A DNA stretch of 64,000 bases from Lepidodermella squamata (Eukaryota; Animalia; Gastrotricha): positions 4,278,001 to 4,342,000 of the forward strand of contig JBLDXI010000003.1 in NCBI GenBank assembly GCA_047495785.1. The letters are read 5' to 3'. The translations under genes were made by a program, and so were the position numbers. Shown here piece after piece: positions 57,701 through 64,000 of the stretch. Each line of letters begins with the position of its first letter. Position 1 is the first letter of the stretch. Under the pieces are notes generated by a model. That model was not told the origin of the DNA. It saw only the letters and a list, made by a program, of their open reading frames with translations, and did no database searches.

Positions 57701-60700
57701 TGAACATGTCAGTAAGCGACTTGGGCTCGCTTGCTGCACTTTGAGCAGGCTTTGGCTGAGCGGCTTTAGGTTGTTCAGGTTTCTTTTGTTGTTCCTTAGG
57801 CGGCGCATTGACTGGAGCGGGGGCCGTCGAGATCGGTGCCGACATAGCAGTTGCAGGTGGCATACGCTGCTGTTGCGGAAACTGGGGCTGCTGAGGAGGC
57901 AGTAACGGCGGCGGTTGTTGCTGTTGCTGCATTGCAGGCTGTAGCTGCCCTGGTACTGGGCCGCTCATCATTGGATTGAATGCCGGAGAAGCGATCGGTG
58001 GGCCTTGTTGAAATTGACAAGATGGTTGGAACTGGAGTGGAATTTCGTTAGGAGGCGCCATGCCGTAGCCAATTTGATTCGGAATGGGTAGCTGGTCCAT
58101 TGAACCCATAGGGCGCATAATCATGTTCTGTTGACCGCCCATGTTCGGCGACATGTACGACATCGATGGTGGGGGAGGCATGTTTCGCTCCTGAATAAAT
58201 AGAAATATATTAGTAACGATAACAATAAAGATCAAACGCAAATTTTATTTCATTCTCATGAGAATCGGTTTTGTATAAATCGGTTCATACTTAATTATAT
58301 CGATAGCCGAGTTTGGACATTTTAGTTGGCAGATTATATTAAATAACGGGCCCTCCTGTTACCGGGAGCAAATTTACGGGAAGCGAAACCTAATTTGATG
58401 TTGGAATTTAGGAATATTTATTGGGCCTGAAACCAATGAGATCTATTAAAGAAGTTATTATATACTATATTCATATAACTTATATTTAAACTCATCGTGA
58501 AAGTCTGAAAAGCTGAACCCTTGAGTTACGAAGGTTCAGATATCGAAAAATTTCACTACAGCGCTTCAACTAAGAAAATATTCGCTTGGATGTCACACTT
58601 CACACTTCACAATGACGCCGAAAGTCTCGCGAATAAAATCTATAATTTGAAAATCGACCGGTAGGTCGTTGCCTCGCGGTATGACCTAAAACCCAAACGA
58701 GGTTTATATGAAAATTGTCCAACTCAAAATAACAAATCAAGTGAGGTATATCAACAATCCAAGTGAAACCCGTCAAACGTAGCAGACCATCAAAAGATAC
58801 GCTCACCTTTTCGGTTGTATATTAAGGTACGCATGGCATATAAAATATTCGCAGTTTTTTCTAAATTAGGTCGACAAGAGTGAAGAATTTGCATAACTTC
58901 CCGGCAGCTAAGCTGAAATTTCCCGTTAGTCATGGAAGCAGAATCTATGAATGAGTCGAAACAGGGAGAAACAAGCACCAGCAGCGCCCATGCGCCGAGT
59001 AATACCGAATTATCAAGAAACAATGATATAAATTTGCCACAGCGCCATTTTACAGACCTCTGGTATGCAGTTCAGCGCTAAACCGCATTACCTCGCTTGC
59101 TACGACACCACATCACCACCTATATCCGCTAATGATCTCGAATCGTACCAAGGAAACGTTTTGGCAACTTGAATTGTAGTTTCTAATGCCTCAGGGCTAA
59201 ATCTGGATTCACTCGTGTGCAACTTATTGCGCGCGGCAACTGTAGAGGGCGACCGACACGCAAAAACGCACTGTACTAACTACTCTACTAACACTTCTCA
59301 CGACAGAATCTAGCCACCTAGTTCGAGGTCTCCCCACGGGTCTCTGCCTTTCCTTAGGCGATTCCTACCTGCTGACCAAAAGTAACAAAACTAAGAAAGC
59401 CATTTTAATTCGTGCCAGTTTTGGAAAGTTGTTCATTCTCAAATGAATATTTATGCGGCCGAGTTACACACGTTGTGCGTGAGACAGTTGCTATAGCGCG
59501 CTGATGCGGACGTTCATGCTAAACGAATGAGTGGGACTTTTGCTGCTTTCAGACGCGAGATTCATTTCCCCTGAAACCCTGGTTGCTTGACACCTCCCCC
59601 GATTTCCTATCTGGGCGCCCCTAAGTGCCGAATGATGCCCATGGAACTGGCTGCTTTTGGTGCTATTGTTCCATCGTTTATATCGTGGTTCATTAAGCAC
59701 TTTTTACACTTTTTACTTTTTATTAAGCACTTGGTACATGCTATTCGACTAGGTTACAGGGCAATCGCACCAATCGCGCCAATTCCAACTGTTGTTTAAG
59801 CTACTTTTTGGATTTATTTCGCCCAAATCCAATGAGCAATCAAAGCTCTTAATTGTGCATTATATTACTATGAATATCGTAAAAGAGGTTCGAAAGAATC
59901 GGGAAATGGCTCGTTTCAAAGTCAAGAATCGATTCAACCAGAGGTAAGAATATGACGAGTAAGAATTTTCATTTCCATTGAAGATGAAGAATCTGATTGC
60001 ATTTGCAAACGATGGTACCTTAATAGGAACGAAGAAATTAAATTGTAAGTGTTTAATAAGGCCTGTGAGGGGCTTGAAAATTAGTACCAGTAAAACCCAA
60101 TACATGGTGACCGAAAAAGATGGTAGAACGGACAAGGATATCAAAGCACGCATATCGAAAGCTGGCAGTTTGCTTTCGTGCTCTCAATAAACCTATGTGT
60201 AATAGGAAACACATTAAGTCTCGGGACACGCCAAGATATGTAGATAGAATAGAAATCAATAGAGAGAATGCAGAAGGTGTTGCAAACCGCCTTGCTAAAT
60301 TCGCTACATATTTTAGTGTAGATGGCCCTAAACATTTTGGTTCCGACTTGCCTCTTTCTACCCTAGTTTGAATACAAAATTGAAGGTATTGAATGCGCCA
60401 TATACGCTTGCGAGACTTGGAATTTCACCGCACAACAGACAACAGGAAAATGGAATAAATTTAAGTTGTACGCGATTGCTTCGCTCAATTTTGGGGTTTC
60501 ATTGTCAGATTAATTTGTCTTAAGCGAACGCGCTTTCGCCTAGGTGAACAGCGTGTTCTGCTACAGAATGGTCGTAGAAGAAAGCGCTATTTAGGGGATG
60601 GCGCATAGGCGAACACGCGTTTCAGTGGTAAGCGCAATATCAATCAAAAACATGCAATTAAGCCAAACGCTGCGCGGTAATTTCAGGAATACTTTGAAAC

Positions 60701-63700
60701 TGCCCTAATTACCGCAGTCAACACAACATGTGGAACATTGTCCAAATATTTTCCAAAGATGCGCAACATATTATTGTTCATATGTTGCGCATCTTGTTCA
60801 ACGCGTCTTCATCGTGCGTTCCCCAGTTGCGTGCGTTCGACTACGATATATTCCTCAAATCGACATTAGACTGGTTTGCGACGTTATGGAATAAAGCAGA
60901 ATCATATTAAAATACCGTCTGAAATAGTTAGGGCACGTCGTTCGAAAACGATACTGAAAGATACTGAAAGTCTCCCAAATAAAGTGTATTTTTGGAGAGA
61001 AGTCGATGCGAGTTTGTGGCTACCCCACGGTAGGCCGCCTACTCGGTGGGTCGACAGGTACATAAAAAAATTATGATGAACCCACTGGGATACTTGCATG
61101 GGAAAAGCTGTTATCAGCAGCAAGCGGACCAAATGTTAGCGGAACTTACGACGTGAAATACAGACTTACTGTTGCTTGAGAGCGCTACCTGTTTCATGCG
61201 CGCGCACTGACGAAGTTGAACTTTTCTTCCTTATTTTGAACTAAGATAACTGTGCTAAAATGAGCCTAATTTTTCGCGCTGAATCCGAATGTTCAATGTC
61301 TTTCGTAGAACTACTCATCATTGAGCAATTCACGTAGCCATGTTCAGCTTATAATACGAAAAACACATACCGTAGTTACCGAATTACTAACCCGGGCTTA
61401 TACAAAAATGATACCTCAAAAAATGGGGAAAAGTAGGCTACTACTCAAAACTAGGCTTCTATTTGAGAAGGCTTATGCAACGAAGAACTGACTTAATTTT
61501 GCGGGTTTCAGTCTCAAAAGTCATCACATTTTTTATTACTAGCTATTAGCTAGGTAGCCTAATAGCTGACAATTAAGAATAATAAGGAGCGCCACAACGA
61601 AATTCATGGTAAATCGCAGATTATTAAACATCTTCAGGCAATATTCGCTTTTATAACCGTCAAGCTCGGAAGAGCACACGTGCCGTAATAGCCCAAGCTA
61701 CTATTCGACATAGGACTATGCATCGACGAAATCCTATTTACATAGGCTTCTAAACGACATGTTTCTTAACGAGGGGTGGGTAACTACGGTAATCATGCTT
61801 TATTTCCGACTCTGCTGCTTTACATATGGGAGAACATTTTTTAACATTTTGGAGGAATGTACTATTACTCCAAGTTGCAGCGCGATAACATGTTTGATAG
61901 CGTAACAGGTAAACAATGGAAGCTGCGCTCAAAACGCTCAAAAAAGAAATCGCGACTTTCTAAGTCCGGCGTGCGAGAGGCCCACATTTCCGCGGATACC
62001 ACGCGGATTTCACCGCGGAAAATAGAGGAAAATTCTGCGGAGGAATGCCCGCAGCTGAAGTGTTAATAGCGATAATTACTGCACATGACACAATCACCGA
62101 TTGAAACTATAATAAATTATTTAAAATCGCCAATCATAAACCAGAGGTAGGAAGATTTTTGACGAAAGGCGATATTTTCAAATTAAACGTACGAAATTTA
62201 GAAGATCAATAAAAAATTGCGCATACCCTAATAAGGTCCATCAGCAGCGGTAACAGCTGTTCGGCCGTGATACCAGCAGCCGGAGCTGGAGCAGGTGGAA
62301 CCGGAGGAGTGGCTGTCGCGGTCGACGAAGGAGGCCGATTCTGTAGTTGCTGTTGGTAGCTGCACTCCATGCGGACCACTGACTCGCGAAACTGGCGCTC
62401 TAGGTCACGCAAATGGCGCGCAACATCAGCCAAGTCCCTGGCGGCGTTACTAAGGTCGCGGATCGCCGGCATCAACTGTCCGACAGCGTTGTTAAGCACC
62501 GAAATCGACTGCTCCTGTTGTTGCTGAATCAACGCGAGCGCTTGCTGCTGCTGCTGCGATACAGCCGGTGGAACAGGCGATTCAGCAACGCTATCACCAT
62601 TGACTGGCATGGTGGTTACAACACGCTGAACGTGAGTTGAATGTCCGTCGTCTTTCTTGTTGCCGGATAGGTGTTTTTTAATGCGATTCGCACTTCTCGA
62701 GGCAACCTCTGCCACCAGAGCCCGTTGAACTTGGTGAATGCCGGCTTGCGCGAGGTTGGCGGCCCTTTCATAAGCTGTCAACGCCGATTCATACAGTTGG
62801 CGAACAACCCATGAAGAAGAAGCGGAAGCAGAAGCCGAACGAGCGCTTTTCTCAAGCGCCTCTTCAGCCATCGCCTCGAAGGCTCTTCCTTCGAAGAAAC
62901 TCGCCAGCGGGAGTTCGTTAGAGCAACTTTTCAGTAATTTCACGGCCGGCTCGTTGTTTCCGTTAATGTAGGCGTCAAATCCGAGGTAGAAGTTGGCAAA
63001 AATCAGTACGCGGTTGCGAAGATCAGCCGAAACACTGGCTCCCGCCAGTCCCTCGAGCGAAGCATTGGGGAACGGCTCAAAGAAGCGCTGTTGACGGCTA
63101 GGTGGTGCTCCGGCACCGCCGATGCTCATGCGCTGCGAGCCATGGCCATGAGACGTCGACCGACTGGCTTGCACATGTTGAAGCAGGCCGTCCCAATACT
63201 TGCAGCTGTAGACGTGGAAACGCCGAAGCTCAGCGTGCATCAAATTTGCAGGCTTTCCGTCTGACTCCGAGTTCAGCGCGTTCAAATAGTTTTCCATAAC
63301 GAATGCTTGAAAAGCTTCGGCGACTCGGATAGCAAGATGGGCCAACTTCGAGTCCATTCCAGACAAGCGGAGCAAAAACAGGCCGTCCTGTATCAATCTG
63401 AATTTCGTAAATGGATCCTGGGTAGCCTGCTGGCCTTGCGTGGATTGGCGGCCGTCATGTGGCGATGTCACTGCACGCCACCATTGCACCTGCGAAGAAG
63501 TTAGCCACACGTTTTCCCCTCCCAGCTCAGTACTTCCAAGTGAAGAAGTGAGGAAAGGCGGTTGAATGTAATCATTGTTAACATCGTCTCCTGGTGGCAT
63601 CGCGATTTCAACGCGAGCGGCGGCCATGATCACAAATGAAATTACATCAACCTGGCACAGCGCATCGGCACTAGGCGAGGCGAAATCGCCTGCCAGTGTT

Positions 63701-63996
63701 GATGGCAGATGGCTGCATCGTCGAAGCGCCTCTCCTTTTGCGAGAGATTCTATTACCAGTGTGTCAGAAAGGCGGTTTCCACCCGAATTCGACGGCGGAA
63801 ACAGCCGGTGCAGCTGCACCACGCACCAAACCATGGTTTGAAGTTCAAAAGAAGTCAGTAATACGCGCTCGAACAGCGCTAACAAATCCGTTGGCGTCGG
63901 AATGCTCGATGTCAATAGAGCATTTGTAGAAGAGTAAGACAGCGATGTCAAAAGCGGAGATGCATCTTTTACCTCAAGCACTTTCTTCAAACAAGC
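54785..63996 (-). CDS. RANBP2: RanBP2/Nup358, 3' part (5' exons outside window)
   Basis: Exons 63996-62227, 58190-55808, 55575-54785; RanBP2 zinc finger WSCSVCLIRN...CAACETPKP; two RanBP1 domains (KLYRW...EWKERG.G...MRRE..CANH); FG motifs; LPDDFYLY...CAGCPGC motif. Confidence 0.9.
59978..61130 (+). mobile_element. Decayed non-LTR retrotransposon (RTE-like) in the RanBP2 intron, antisense to host
   Basis: Fragmented reverse-transcriptase C-terminal motifs in order: LIAFAND (FADD-like), GLKISTSKTQYM, DIKARISKA, YACETW (60403-60420), GRPPTRWVD; stops and frameshifts. Confidence 0.8.
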
Positions 63997-64000
63997 CTGA

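Overview
Eukaryotic DNA from a compact invertebrate genome. Introns are mostly 39-60 nt and same-strand genes are packed 108-680 nt apart in operon-like runs, which suggests an SL trans-splicing animal, possibly a basal nematode (inference). Minus strand: partial acidic-N-terminus gene, AGTPBP1/CCP1, DDX54, RPL17; two tandem V-ATPase c'' genes, ZFYVE9/16, UCHL5; signal peptide peptidase, two tandem FKBP12 genes; and the 3' part of RanBP2. Plus strand: RPL7, TMEM65, a small non-coding host gene carrying a SNORD110-like C/D snoRNA, and the PKA catalytic subunit. Mobile elements are an intact hAT-type MITE and a decayed RTE-like LINE. Two observations stand out. (1) PKA-C has two alternative 127-nt catalytic-loop cassettes, each split by its own intron at a different position, and a ~30-bp long-range duplex brackets the second cassette. 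(2) A ~500-nt highly structured RNA candidate sits in the putative TMEM65 5'-UTR intron, with an ACA end, a CR4/5-P6.1-like junction and a 12-nt template-like repeat; it may be a snoRNA-like telomerase RNA, but this is unproven. All splice sites and helices were assigned by eye.
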